Assembly (NCBI GenBank): GCA_022791685.1
Contig: JAAVZO010000021.1
Coordinates: forward strand, 93,716 to 157,715
DNA from: Clostridiales bacterium
GTDB lineage: Bacteria > Bacillota > Clostridia > Oscillospirales > CAG-272
Length of the DNA stretch: 64,000 nt
Direction: 5' to 3'
The number at the start of each line of letters is the position of its first letter. Positions within the stretch are counted from its first letter, which is position 1. Under the pieces are notes generated by a model. That model saw nothing but the letters and a program-made list of their open reading frames with translations, was not told the DNA's origin and made no database searches. This document shows, in pieces, positions 1 to 9,416 of the stretch. The position numbers and the translations under genes are program-made.

Positions 1-1
1 C

Positions 2-634
2 GATAACGCCTACTATCTCGCCGAAGCCTCAGGCGGAGAGATCACAGTGGAGCTTATCGAAAGTTTCACGCCAAAGGTGCTCGGAAGCTTTGACCGCGCG
101 GGAGATGTTCATTACGACCTTTTATCCTGTCTGCAAAAGTCAATACGCGGTTCAGACCCAGACGCAGCTGTATTCTATCTCGCAAAGCTGCTTGCAGGAG
201 GCGACCTTATTTCAGCGTGCAGACGGCTTCAGGTGATGGCAAGCGAGGATGTAGGACTTGCGTACCCGATGGCAGCAGTGATCGTTCGTGCCTGCGTCGA
301 AAGCGCCCGTGAGCTTGGATTGCCGGAAGCACAGATCCCACTCGCGAATGCCGCGATAATGCTCGCAACCGCTCCAAAATCTAACTCAGCTGACGCTGCA
401 ATAACAAAGGCAAACGCAGATATATCCATTGGAAAGGGACAAAACGTTCCGACTCATCTACGCAGTCCGAATTTCGTTGGGTATAAATATCCGCACGATT
501 ATGAAAATCACTGGGTGAGACAGCAGTATCTTCCGGATGATATCAAGGACGCACATTATTATGAATACGGGCCTAATAAGACTGAACAGGCAGCTAAAGC
601 GTACTGGGATAAAATAAAGGGAGATATTAAATAA
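2..634 (+). CDS. rarA: Replication-associated recombination protein A (RarA AAA+ ATPase), C-terminal part; 5' end outside window
   Basis: Motifs HYDLLSCLQKSIRGSDPDAA, SEDVGLA, APKSNS, YKYPHDY...QQYLPD; frame is open back to position 2. Confidence 0.93.
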   Translation, partial: DNAYYLAEASGGEITVELIESFTPKVLGSFDRAGDVHYDLLSCLQKSIRGSDPDAAVFYLAKLLAGGDLISACRRLQVMASEDVGLAYPMAAVIVRACVESARELGLPEAQIPLANAAIMLATAPKSNSADAAITKANADISIGKGQNVPTHLRSPNFVGYKYPHDYENHWVRQQYLPDDIKDAHYYEYGPNKTEQAAKAYWDKIKGDIK

Positions 635-635
635 T

Positions 636-1127
636 ATGATTAAACTGGATTCACTCGCACTTGAAATGACGCGGTTTTACTCCGGAGACCCAGCGCGAAT
701 ACAGCACTTCATGAAGGTTCACGCATATTCTGCGCTCATTGGACGGCTCGAGGGGCTCGGAGAGCGAGAAATGCTCGTACTCGAATGCGCAGCGTATACA
801 CATGACATAGGAATAAAACCGGCTGAGGAGAAATATAATTCATGCTCAGGAAAATTACAGGAGCTCGAAGGTCCTCCGGTCGCACGTGAAATGCTCACAC
901 AACTTGGTTTTGATGGTGAACTAACCGAGCGTGTATGTGCAATGATCGCGCATCATCATACTTATACAGGAATTGATACTCGTGAGCTGCAAATTTTGAT
1001 CGAAGCTGATTTTATTGTCAATCTTTATGAAGGTAAATCAAGCCGAGAAGCAATTGCTGATGCAATAGATAATATATTCAAGACCGAATCTGGAATTGCG
1101 CTCATACGCAGTGTGTTCGGTAACTGA
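636..1127 (+). CDS. HD domain phosphohydrolase
   Basis: H..(AAYTHDIG)..HHH..EAD pattern of the HD superfamily; starts 1 nt after rarA stop. Confidence 0.85.
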   Translation: MIKLDSLALEMTRFYSGDPARIQHFMKVHAYSALIGRLEGLGEREMLVLECAAYTHDIGIKPAEEKYNSCSGKLQELEGPPVAREMLTQLGFDGELTERVCAMIAHHHTYTGIDTRELQILIEADFIVNLYEGKSSREAIADAIDNIFKTESGIALIRSVFGN

Positions 1128-1146
1128 AAAGGTGGTCATAATTAAA

Positions 1147-2142
1147 ATGAAAATAGTACAAATAGGCGGAGCAGGTCATGCGTTTTATGCCTACAATGCG
1201 ATAAAGTCACACGCTTTTGATTTTGCCGCCCTCTCTTGCGGCAGTCACGGAATTGAAGCAGAGGGAACGAATGCGACTCTTGCAGACTTGCAAAGACGCG
1301 GATTCAGTCCAAAGTTATATTCGGACTGGCGTGAAATGATTGACTCCGAAAAGCCGGATATCGTTATAGTAAATCCGTGGTTCAACGATATAGCTGACTG
1401 CGCCATATACGCGCTTGATCGCAATATAAATGTATTCTGCGAAAAGCCGCTCGCGCATGATCTTGAAAAACTCACAGAGCTTGAAGCTGCCATTGCAAAT
1501 TCGCGCGGCAAGCTCGCCGGAATGCTCGAAACGCGCTACGAGCCGACATTTACGGCGGCAAAGAAGCTTATTGGTGAAGGCATGATAGGTGAGATACGCC
1601 TTATGGATTCGCGCAAGTCCTACAAGCTCGGAAAGCGTCCGGACTTCTATAAATCACGCGATACCTATTGCGGTATTATTCCGTGGGTAGCTATACACGC
1701 TATTGACTGGATGATGTGGCTGTCCGGGAAGAGATACACCTCAGTGACCGCTGCTCATTCGTCGCGCGCAAACTTTGGTAACGGCACAATGGATATCACA
1801 TCAGCTGCACTGTATACAATGACAGATAACGTTATCGCAACTGTAACCGCAGATATGCTTCGCCCATCAAAGGCGACAACTCATGGCGACGACCGCGTTC
1901 GTGTAGTTGGAACTGAAGGAATACTTGAGATAACCGACGGAGCGCTTACTCTGCTTTCAGATAATAGCGGCGGAAAGGTAGTTGTTCCGAATGAACCGGC
2001 GCGCGATATATTTGAGGATTTTCTGAATGTCATCGACGGCGGAGAGAGCGATCTGACTGCTGAAAGCGCAATAGAAGCGACACGCTGGGCATTAAAGGCA
2101 CGCGATTATGCAGACAAAGCAAATTTAGAGGTAAATGTATGA
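1147..2142 (+). CDS. Gfo/Idh/MocA family oxidoreductase
   Basis: N-terminal IVQIGGAGH, VFCEKP motif, IHAID; start moved to ATG 1147 downstream of AAGGTGG. Confidence 0.88.
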   Translation: MKIVQIGGAGHAFYAYNAIKSHAFDFAALSCGSHGIEAEGTNATLADLQRRGFSPKLYSDWREMIDSEKPDIVIVNPWFNDIADCAIYALDRNINVFCEKPLAHDLEKLTELEAAIANSRGKLAGMLETRYEPTFTAAKKLIGEGMIGEIRLMDSRKSYKLGKRPDFYKSRDTYCGIIPWVAIHAIDWMMWLSGKRYTSVTAAHSSRANFGNGTMDITSAALYTMTDNVIATVTADMLRPSKATTHGDDRVRVVGTEGILEITDGALTLLSDNSGGKVVVPNEPARDIFEDFLNVIDGGESDLTAESAIEATRWALKARDYADKANLEVNV

Positions 2143-2918
2143 GTACATTTAAATTACTCGCAATCGGCGATGTGGTCGGTCCGGAAGCGGTCAAATATAT
2201 AAGCGAAAAGCTATGGGTATTCAGAAATGCAAATAAGATAAACATGGTAGTCTGCAACTCAGAAAATGCCTGCAATGGCAACGGAATCGACCCGCAGAGC
2301 TCGGAAGAATTGTTGTCAGGCGGATGTGACGTATTGACTGGCGGCAATCATACCTTCCGTAAAAAAGAAATACGCCGCTACCTTGACGACAGCAGCTACG
2401 CGATTCGACCAGCTAACCTTCCTGCCGGAACTCCGGGAAATGGTTATACCACTGTTAATATTGATGGAATACGTGTACTTGTCATAAATGTTCTTGGCAC
2501 TATATATCTTGAATCGCTCGCTTGTCCGTTTGCGACAATCGACCGAATTCTCGAGAGAGAAACGGGCAGCTACGATATTGCCGTGCTTGATATACACGCC
2601 GAAGCAACAAGCGAAAAAATCGCACTCGGACGATATTTCGACGGTCGCATAGCGGCGATATTCGGAACTCATACGCACGTTGCAACCGCTGATATGCAGA
2701 TACTTCCGAAGGGAAGCGGATATGTGACGGACCTTGGAATGAGTGGTCCGCCGGATGGTGTACTCGGTATCCGCGCGGATATCATTATCGAAAAGCTGCG
2801 CACTAAGCTTCCGGTCAAGTTTGAATTTGCCGAAGGCGCGACTGAGGTCAATGGTGTGATATTTACTCTTGATACCGATAAAAATCGCTGTGTTTCAGTC
2901 GAACGTGTTAAATTCTGA
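2139..2918 (+). CDS. ymdB: YmdB/TIGR00282 family metallophosphoesterase
   Basis: GDVVG, GNH, DIHAEATSEK, GTHTHV, VTDLGMSGP motifs. Confidence 0.92.
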   Translation: MSTFKLLAIGDVVGPEAVKYISEKLWVFRNANKINMVVCNSENACNGNGIDPQSSEELLSGGCDVLTGGNHTFRKKEIRRYLDDSSYAIRPANLPAGTPGNGYTTVNIDGIRVLVINVLGTIYLESLACPFATIDRILERETGSYDIAVLDIHAEATSEKIALGRYFDGRIAAIFGTHTHVATADMQILPKGSGYVTDLGMSGPPDGVLGIRADIIIEKLRTKLPVKFEFAEGATEVNGVIFTLDTDKNRCVSVERVKF

Positions 2919-2948
2919 GTGAAAATTTAGATTAAACCACAATATGTG

Positions 2949-2982
2949 AAAAATCTCCTCACAAGAGGAGATTTTTTTATTT
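2949..2982. terminator. Bidirectional intrinsic terminator
   Basis: AAAAATCTCCTC-acaa-GAGGAGATTTTT between convergent genes. Confidence 0.85.
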
Positions 2983-3318
2983 TCAGCTTTTTCTGTTTTC
3001 TTCCCCCCATACACACATCTGGTCGAGAATAGGTATCAACGACTTGCCGCGGTCTGTAAGGCTATATTCAACTTTTGGAGGTATTTGCGGATACTCTTTT
3101 CGGTCGACCAATCCATCCGCCTCAAGCTCTTTTAATGTTGCACTTAAAGTTTTATATGATATACCAGTGATATATCTTTTCAACTCATTGAAACGTACGA
3201 TCGTATACTCCATCAGCGTATATAAAATAAACATCTTATATTTTCCTTGTATCAGTGACATAGTATAGCTGAATCCGGTTTCTTCAAGCTTTGAATTCTG
3301 CATACATTCAAGATTCAT
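2983..3318 (-). CDS. HxlR family winged-helix transcriptional regulator
   Basis: GKYK..IL, RFNELKR..GIS.KTLS..LKELEADGLV.RKEYPQIPPKVEYSLT. Confidence 0.93.
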   Translation of the reverse strand: MNLECMQNSKLEETGFSYTMSLIQGKYKMFILYTLMEYTIVRFNELKRYITGISYKTLSATLKELEADGLVDRKEYPQIPPKVEYSLTDRGKSLIPILDQMCVWGEENRKS

Positions 3319-3340
3319 AATGTCGCTCTCCTTTTGGTAA

Positions 3341-3411
3341 GTACTTAACTTTAATGTTAGTATCGCACTTAAATGTGCGTACTTGATTTTTTATTATGTA
3401 TCTGCTATAAT
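3341..3411 (+). promoter_or_regulatory. Putative HxlR operator inverted repeats and sigma-A promoter of the flavoprotein gene
   Basis: Imperfect IRs TACTTAAC-N5-GTTAGTA and CGCAC-N6-GTGCG next to TTGATT-17-TATAAT in the divergent spacer. Confidence 0.5.
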
Positions 3412-3469
3412 TATATCATGGATCAGCAATAAAGTCAATCCATATACTGACAGATAGGAGTTTATAATT

Positions 3470-4015
3470 ATGTGTAAAAAAATTGTTGTTATTACTGGAA
3501 GTCCCCGAAAGGATGGAAATAGCTTTGCTATGACTGATGCGTTCATTAAAGCAGCAGAAGCTAAAGGGCATACCGTAGTCCGTTTTGACGCAGCAATGAG
3601 AAAAGTAGGCGGATGTCATGCCTGCGAGACCTGTTTCAAGACCGGAAAAGCCTGCTCGTTTGATGATGATTTTAACATCATAGCTCCGGATATCTTAGCA
3701 GCAGATGCAGTAGTATTTACAGCACCTGTTTACTGGTACTCCATACCTGCTCAAATAAAGTGTGTGATCGATAAGCTGTTTTCGTTTTGTGTCGCCGGAA
3801 AGGATATTGGCGGAAAAAACTGTGCGATAATCACCTGCTGCGAAGAAGACGATATATCAGTAATGGACGGTGTGAGAATACCGATCGAACGCAGTGCTCA
3901 ACTGCTGAAATGGAATATTGTTGGAGAAGTATTGGTTCCCGGAGTGCTAAAGGCCGGTGAAATTGCAAATACTGACGGCTGCAAAAAAGCAGCAGCACTG
4001 GCAGATGTAATATAA
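3470..4015 (+). CDS. Flavodoxin-like / iron-sulfur flavoprotein (NADPH-dependent FMN reductase family)
   Basis: GSPRKDGNS, CxxCxxCxxxxxxC, PVYWYS. Confidence 0.9.
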   Translation: MCKKIVVITGSPRKDGNSFAMTDAFIKAAEAKGHTVVRFDAAMRKVGGCHACETCFKTGKACSFDDDFNIIAPDILAADAVVFTAPVYWYSIPAQIKCVIDKLFSFCVAGKDIGGKNCAIITCCEEDDISVMDGVRIPIERSAQLLKWNIVGEVLVPGVLKAGEIANTDGCKKAAALADVI

Positions 4016-4023
4016 TACAATAA

Positions 4024-4058
4024 CGCTGCACCATGCAATGAAATTGCATGGTGCAGCG
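4024..4058. terminator. Hairpin/terminator between convergent genes
   Basis: Perfect 16-bp stem CGCTGCACCATGCAAT-gaa-ATTGCATGGTGCAGCG. Confidence 0.75.
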
Positions 4059-4076
4059 CAGTTTTATTCGTATATA

Positions 4077-4253
4077 TTACGGCAATAACATGTCTGAGCT
4101 ATCATATATCCGAACCGCCGAAATCAGCGCATCCTCGCGGCTCAGCGCCGGACAGACTATGACATATTCGTTTTTATTATACTGACCTTTTGTCGCGATC
4201 ACATTCAGGTCGTCACTAAATAATATATTGAAAACCTTATGCCGATTTTTCAT
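4077..4253 (-). CDS. Possible small hypothetical protein (58 aa, MKNRHKVFNILFSDD...)
   Basis: ATG-to-TAA ORF filling the gap between nth and the hairpin; no clear Shine-Dalgarno. Confidence 0.3.
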   Translation of the reverse strand: MKNRHKVFNILFSDDLNVIATKGQYNKNEYVIVCPALSREDALISAVRIYDSSDMLLP

Positions 4254-4271
4254 CGTAAGTTATCAGTTACT

Positions 4272-4919
4272 TTAATTTTCGATTTTATTATGTGCGCAGA
4301 GATCGGATATTGGACATTCACCGCATTTTGGTGCGCGCGCTGTGCAGACATCACGTCCGAAATTTACGATACGGTGGCAGAAATCCGACTGCTTTTCAGG
4401 AGCAATTATTTTGACAAGAATACGCTCGATCTTGACCGGATCCTTCAGGCTCTCAGGATAAAAGCCGAGCCGTCCACATATACGTATGCAGTGCGTATCT
4501 GTAACGATTGCCGGTTTTTTATAAACGTCGCCAAGCAACAGATTCGCTATTTTGCGTCCCACTCCCGGCAGTGTCAGCAGCTCGTCCATTGTATCAGGCA
4601 GTCGTCCTCCAAAGTTTTCGATCAGCATTTTGCAGGAGTCCTTGATATTCTTTGCCTTGACCTTGTAAAGTCCGCATGGACGAACGATTTCTTCAAGCTC
4701 AGTAAGTTCACAATCGGCTATTGATTCAAGAGTAGGGAAGCGCGTGAACAGCTCGCGGCAGACGATATTTACACGAGCGTCTGTACATTGAGCTGACAGT
4801 CTTCCCATTATCAGCAGCTTCCAAGCATCCCCTTCATATTCAAGGGCACAAACAGCTTCAGGGTATATTTCTTCAAGTCTCGCTACAAGCTCAGCAGCGA
4901 TATTATTATCAATTGGCAT
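4272..4919 (-). CDS. nth: Endonuclease III
   Basis: LSAQCTD, HhH LPGVGRKIAN, DTH, CxxxxxxCxxCxxxxxC [4Fe-4S] motif. Confidence 0.95.
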   Translation of the reverse strand: MPIDNNIAAELVARLEEIYPEAVCALEYEGDAWKLLIMGRLSAQCTDARVNIVCRELFTRFPTLESIADCELTELEEIVRPCGLYKVKAKNIKDSCKMLIENFGGRLPDTMDELLTLPGVGRKIANLLLGDVYKKPAIVTDTHCIRICGRLGFYPESLKDPVKIERILVKIIAPEKQSDFCHRIVNFGRDVCTARAPKCGECPISDLCAHNKIEN

Positions 4920-4946
4920 ATTTACCTCATTATTATGTATAAATGA

Positions 4947-5008
4947 ATATTTACACCGCTTGATTGACGGTGTAAATATATTATATCATATGCTATAGCA
5001 ATTGTCAA
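4947..5008 (-). promoter_or_regulatory. Sigma-A promoter of nth with a 12-bp inverted repeat over the start site
   Basis: Minus strand TTGACA-17-TATAAT (5008-4980); IR ATATTTACACCG-N9-CGGTGTAAATAT at 4947-4979. Confidence 0.7.
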
Positions 5009-5040
5009 TTTCTCTTGCTATATTATTTATAATTCAGGCT

Positions 5041-5210
5041 TCCAATCTGCATTTTTTTCGCCCCTTGGCAAAACTTCCGGAAATACCTCGCGCATTAATA
5101 ATCCGAAATCCTCCATATCGCGCAGATTAGCAGTCAACACCTTCTGCGAAATGCCAGTGAGGGTCTTTTTTTAATTGTCCCAACCGCTTTGTTCCACCAC
5201 GCAGATAAAT
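5041..5210 (-). pseudogene. Degenerate HxlR-family regulator fragment
   Basis: Minus strand reads IYLRGGTKRLGQLKK/TLTGISQKVLTANLRDMEDFGLLMREVFPEVLPR with one extra A in an A7 run; no start codon or C-terminus. Confidence 0.8.
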
Positions 5211-5365
5211 TTTATATTTTAATTATAGTGTATATCCAAATAAATGCTAAGAGATTATATTAAATTTAATCTTATGAATTGTTCGATAGGCTTACTTTAA
5301 TAATACAGCACGCCGCAGAAGCTGGTCAGGCTTCTACGGCGCTTGTGTTGGTATATATTCAGTTT

Positions 5366-7948
5366 TTATTCGTTTTCAACGTAATCGACTACGCGCACGA
5401 GTACAGCGGTCATATCGTCACTGCGCTTATTATTTAGTGCTGCATTGTCGATTATCTTTTCTGCCATTATTTGCAGATTATCCTCCCATTCATATGTGAG
5501 CAGGTTTGCTAACCATACCCCGTCCTCGAGCGATTGTGCTATTCCATCGCTCAGCATTATAATTATATCGCCCTCCTCAAGGTCAAACTTAATTTGCTCT
5601 GCGTCAAGCGCAGCCATAATTCCAATTGGCACAGTCTTTGACTGTAATTTGTATAGATTTCCGTTTCGTAGAATGAACGACGGCGCTGCGCCGCTCTTGA
5701 TAAAGCATGCGTGTCCGCTTATCAGGTCTATCTCGGCGAGGTCGACCGTCGCCGAGCATTCACATCCGCGGCTGCGTATGAATCCGTTCAGCATTTCGAG
5801 TGTAACTGCCTTGCTGTTTCCACCCGACAACAGCTGTTCAACGAATATCGCGCACAGCTTTGAGGTTATTGCTGCCTCTCGCCCGCTGCCCATTCCGTCG
5901 GAAATCAATGTGTAAAAATAGTCTTCACGTGTTTCGAAGGTAAGCGCAGTATCTCCGTTCGCGCTTTCAGTTTCTTTTATGCTCGCTGCACGAGCCTTTT
6001 CGACGTTATAACGCCGCCTTGCCGACATCGTTACTTCAACGCTATCACCTTCGATATTAAATTTCGGTCGTGTAAGACGTGTATGTAGTGTATTTTCGGC
6101 AGCGGTACGTATTTCGTCCGCTCCGAGCCGCATTCCGGCAAGCTCTACGTTTGAGAGCACCACCTGCTTTCTTCTGTTTCCCCAGCAAATCGCACGCGCA
6201 CCTGACATATCCATATATTTGAGTGAACGCCGCAGTTTTGATGTAAGTTCTGTATCGATCTTGTATTCAGCTTCATTTTCGGCAATAGATTCGTTAAGCA
6301 GCCTCGACATAGATTCATAATCCAGCGCAAAAGCCTCTGTTTTGTCACTTCGGATCAGCCGTTCAACTAACGCCGCCGTTTCGAGATTTATATCCGAAAT
6401 TATATTCTCGATATTATAGCAGCGCTCACGCAGGTATGAAGGAACTGAATCGGTTTCGATCCTTCCTTTGGTGTACAGCTCGGTCGTGATTTTACTCTGT
6501 GCGTCCAGCGTAGATGTACACTCACGCTCGAAGCAGAGTGAAGCGAGCGAACACCGACTGCAATGCTTGTCGAACGAGGTGTCGCATATCTGCTTTAAGT
6601 CGATAATTCCGGGCCTTCTCAGTCTGTCAGAGAGAGTATAGATCACGTCCGAAAGTCGTCCGAGCGCCTCAGAAAGCGAGTTCATCCTGAGTATTGTATC
6701 ATGCTGTTTCTTTTCTGTGATCAATGCTAAATCTCCGGTTTTATCATTAGTCTGCTGCGCAAATGCGGGCAGCCGCGGAAGAAGTCCGTAATATGCAAGC
6801 GGCATAAATATAGTCACTGCGCCAAGTGTATCTGGAAGTATCGTCTGTAGTACCGTAAAGCCGTCGAGTGATGCACCGAGAGCCATTGATACTATGCAGA
6901 CCGCAGCCGCAGAGAATGCGCGTGAAAGCTTCCAGAACATCCCCGCAAGCAGTCCAGTAGCAGCGGCTATACAGGGGGCTGAAGTTATTGTATATATTCC
7001 AAAGTTCGTACCGCTGGCAAGTCCGGCAATAAGTCCGGCAGTACAGCCTCGAAGTGCGCATTCACGTGAGCTTGACCCGCTCGACCCAGCCCACAATGCG
7101 ACTATAACAGCCGCAGTGAATGCAGGAGAAAAGCCGAAAATATTATAGTCACGAAGGGCGAATACTGTAACAAACATTATTACAGCCGTTCCGATCTCGG
7201 CATACCGCAGCAATCGTTCGTCTCGGTTGAAGACCATCGACATTGCGAGTGTCAAAAGTGGGCATAGGAAAAATCCGAGCACGAATCCAAACAGGTCGTA
7301 ATATAGGAATCCGCCTGAGATAAGTCTATATAGACCGAATACGAACGCCGCGAAGCAGGATGAAGCTATACGAAGAAGTATACTTTCACCGAACATTGTC
7401 GCTCCCGCGTCACCTGATGCCAATGCGGCAGCCTGTCCACGAAGTCGGGTGATAAGCTTTGATTTGCCGCCGATTTTATGTGCATCATCATTTGCAGCTG
7501 AAAAATGACGAGTGTTGTCTGTATTTTGTCCGTGCGCGGGCGGCGTTCCTGCCGCCTTCTTTGTGTGAGACCTACCACGCACAGATCCTGATTTGGTACT
7601 GTTATCTGTATTACTTACTGCGATATCAGAAGCCACACGTCCAAGTGCGATCCGCAGCAGCAGCGTCACTGTGTAAACTATCGCCAATGCGACTGCCATT
7701 CCGCGGTTGAACAGGGACGATATTATCAGTCCTATGTAGACAGCTGGAACATATCTGTCAGCCGCAGCGAGCAGCGCTATTCCGAACGGATAGCATGAGA
7801 ATGCAGCGCCTGATGAGCCGAGCAGTCCTGCAAGCAGCGCAAGTGCGAAGCTCTTAACAATTGCCAATGGACTTATTTTAATTTTTGCGCCCGTTTCATC
7901 TGAAAGCTTGTCTGCAATTCGATTTTTAAGTGTTTTTTCAAATGCCAT
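5366..7948 (-). CDS. spoIIE: Stage II sporulation protein E (membrane-bound PP2C phosphatase)
   Basis: Multiple TM helices, CxxCxxxxxC, C-terminal PP2C motifs NGD, SDGMGSG, ATVD, KSGAAPSF, SDG, DDMT; start set to ATG 7948 after AAGGAAG. Confidence 0.88.
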   Translation of the reverse strand: MAFEKTLKNRIADKLSDETGAKIKISPLAIVKSFALALLAGLLGSSGAAFSCYPFGIALLAAADRYVPAVYIGLIISSLFNRGMAVALAIVYTVTLLLRIALGRVASDIAVSNTDNSTKSGSVRGRSHTKKAAGTPPAHGQNTDNTRHFSAANDDAHKIGGKSKLITRLRGQAAALASGDAGATMFGESILLRIASSCFAAFVFGLYRLISGGFLYYDLFGFVLGFFLCPLLTLAMSMVFNRDERLLRYAEIGTAVIMFVTVFALRDYNIFGFSPAFTAAVIVALWAGSSGSSSRECALRGCTAGLIAGLASGTNFGIYTITSAPCIAAATGLLAGMFWKLSRAFSAAAVCIVSMALGASLDGFTVLQTILPDTLGAVTIFMPLAYYGLLPRLPAFAQQTNDKTGDLALITEKKQHDTILRMNSLSEALGRLSDVIYTLSDRLRRPGIIDLKQICDTSFDKHCSRCSLASLCFERECTSTLDAQSKITTELYTKGRIETDSVPSYLRERCYNIENIISDINLETAALVERLIRSDKTEAFALDYESMSRLLNESIAENEAEYKIDTELTSKLRRSLKYMDMSGARAICWGNRRKQVVLSNVELAGMRLGADEIRTAAENTLHTRLTRPKFNIEGDSVEVTMSARRRYNVEKARAASIKETESANGDTALTFETREDYFYTLISDGMGSGREAAITSKLCAIFVEQLLSGGNSKAVTLEMLNGFIRSRGCECSATVDLAEIDLISGHACFIKSGAAPSFILRNGNLYKLQSKTVPIGIMAALDAEQIKFDLEEGDIIIMLSDGIAQSLEDGVWLANLLTYEWEDNLQIMAEKIIDNAALNNKRSDDMTAVLVRVVDYVENE

Positions 7949-8009
7949 GATATCTAACTTCCTTACCTTTGAATTTTCTTTTGGGTTTTCGTATTCATGT
8001 TGTGCTGAT

Positions 8010-8043
8010 ATTATACCACTTTTCCTAAAAAAGCTGTGTCGAT
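8010..8043 (-). promoter_or_regulatory. Spo0A-type sigma-A promoter of spoIIE
   Basis: Minus strand TCGACA-21-TATAAT with extended TG; the -35 overlaps a 0A-like box TGTCGAT (8037-8043). Confidence 0.55.
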
Positions 8044-8376
8044 TGATGTATGAACTATTTTTTCGGATTAGGCGGCGGCAGGACGGGGAATATCGACGAC
8101 TATCGTTTCCCGCCGTCAAACGCCGGAATTCTGTCGCTATATATTCATTTAGGGAGTTTTTTCACGAGCATTTGCCATTATAACTTTATAATTTTATAAA
8201 ATTTAATCATTGCATTATACATGGATAACGTGATATAATATTATATGATACTTTTTTGTGCTGGTATTGTATTTTTATACATAGATTTGGAAAGCATAAA
8301 GAAGCCTAAAATTTGTTGATTTTACGTAATTTGGACGCGTTGCCGTGTCCAAGACGAGCCATATAAAGGAGAAGCT

Positions 8377-9213
8377 ATGTACAGAATCACTTTAAAAAAA
8401 CCGCTTAACCCAACCGTAACAATGATGGATATTGAAGCGCCGCTTGTCGCTGCCAAAGCGAAACCGGGTCAGTTTATTATCCTTAGAACAGACGAAGACG
8501 GCGAGCGTATTCCTCTGACCATTGCAGGATATGACCGCATTGCCGGTACTGTGAGAATTATTTTCCAGATAGTCGGCGCTACTACTGAAAAGCTCAACCA
8601 TAAAAACGAGGGAGATTTCATAGAAGACTTTGTAGGTCCGCTCGGAATGCCTACTGAGATTGAAGGACTCAAGAAGGTATGTATTGTCGGCGGCGGTGTT
8701 GGCTGTGCAATAGCGCTTCCTATAGCTCAGGCGCTTCATGAGATGGGCTGTGAGGTCACATCAGTTATCGGATTCCGCTCGAAGGATCTGCTTATTCTTG
8801 AGGACGAGTTCAAGGCAGCGTCTGAAAAGCTGTTCGTAATGACCGACGATGGCTCATACGGCCGCGAAGGCAACGTATGTGTGCCGCTCAACGAAATGTT
8901 CGCAGCCGGTGAAAAGTTCGACAAGGTCATCACGATCGGTCCGCTGATCATGATGAAATTCGTAGTTGCAGCAGTTAAGCCTACTGGCATTCCCTGCACA
9001 GTTTCGATGAACCCAATTATGATCGATGGTACAGGAATGTGCGGCGGCTGCCGTCTTGTCGTTGGCGGCAAGACTAAGTTCGCGTGTGTCGACGGTCCTG
9101 ATTTCGATGGATACGAGGTCGATTTCGACTCGGCTATGGAGCGCGGCACTATGTACCGTGACTTCGAGCGTCACGCACATGAGGATACCTGCAACCTCTT
9201 CAAAAAAGCCTAA
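8377..9213 (+). CDS. nfnA: NADH-dependent ferredoxin:NADP oxidoreductase subunit A (PyrK-like FAD/2Fe-2S)
   Basis: PGQFII, ERIPLTI, GGGVG, DGTGMCGGCR...CVDGPDF; paired with the downstream GltD-like gene. Confidence 0.88.
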   Translation: MYRITLKKPLNPTVTMMDIEAPLVAAKAKPGQFIILRTDEDGERIPLTIAGYDRIAGTVRIIFQIVGATTEKLNHKNEGDFIEDFVGPLGMPTEIEGLKKVCIVGGGVGCAIALPIAQALHEMGCEVTSVIGFRSKDLLILEDEFKAASEKLFVMTDDGSYGREGNVCVPLNEMFAAGEKFDKVITIGPLIMMKFVVAAVKPTGIPCTVSMNPIMIDGTGMCGGCRLVVGGKTKFACVDGPDFDGYEVDFDSAMERGTMYRDFERHAHEDTCNLFKKA

Positions 9214-9416
9214 CAAATACCTAAATTACGCGGCTTTTCAACTTGTCACGGCATCAGTTGGGGATTGAATCCAGCGGACTAAAGTCCGCATACTGATGCG
9301 AAATGTCTCCCGCCTATATAAGGCATCGCCGCTTTATGCGGCATCACCGCGGAACGTGGTGTGACATCGTGGCAACGTTATATATCCTGCCGCATTGAAA
9401 GGAAATTACTATAATC

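Noticed and set aside
7949-8119. 57-aa N-terminal extension of SpoIIE in the ORF track
   Set aside because: Overlaps the promoter; the SD and ATG at 7948 are better supported
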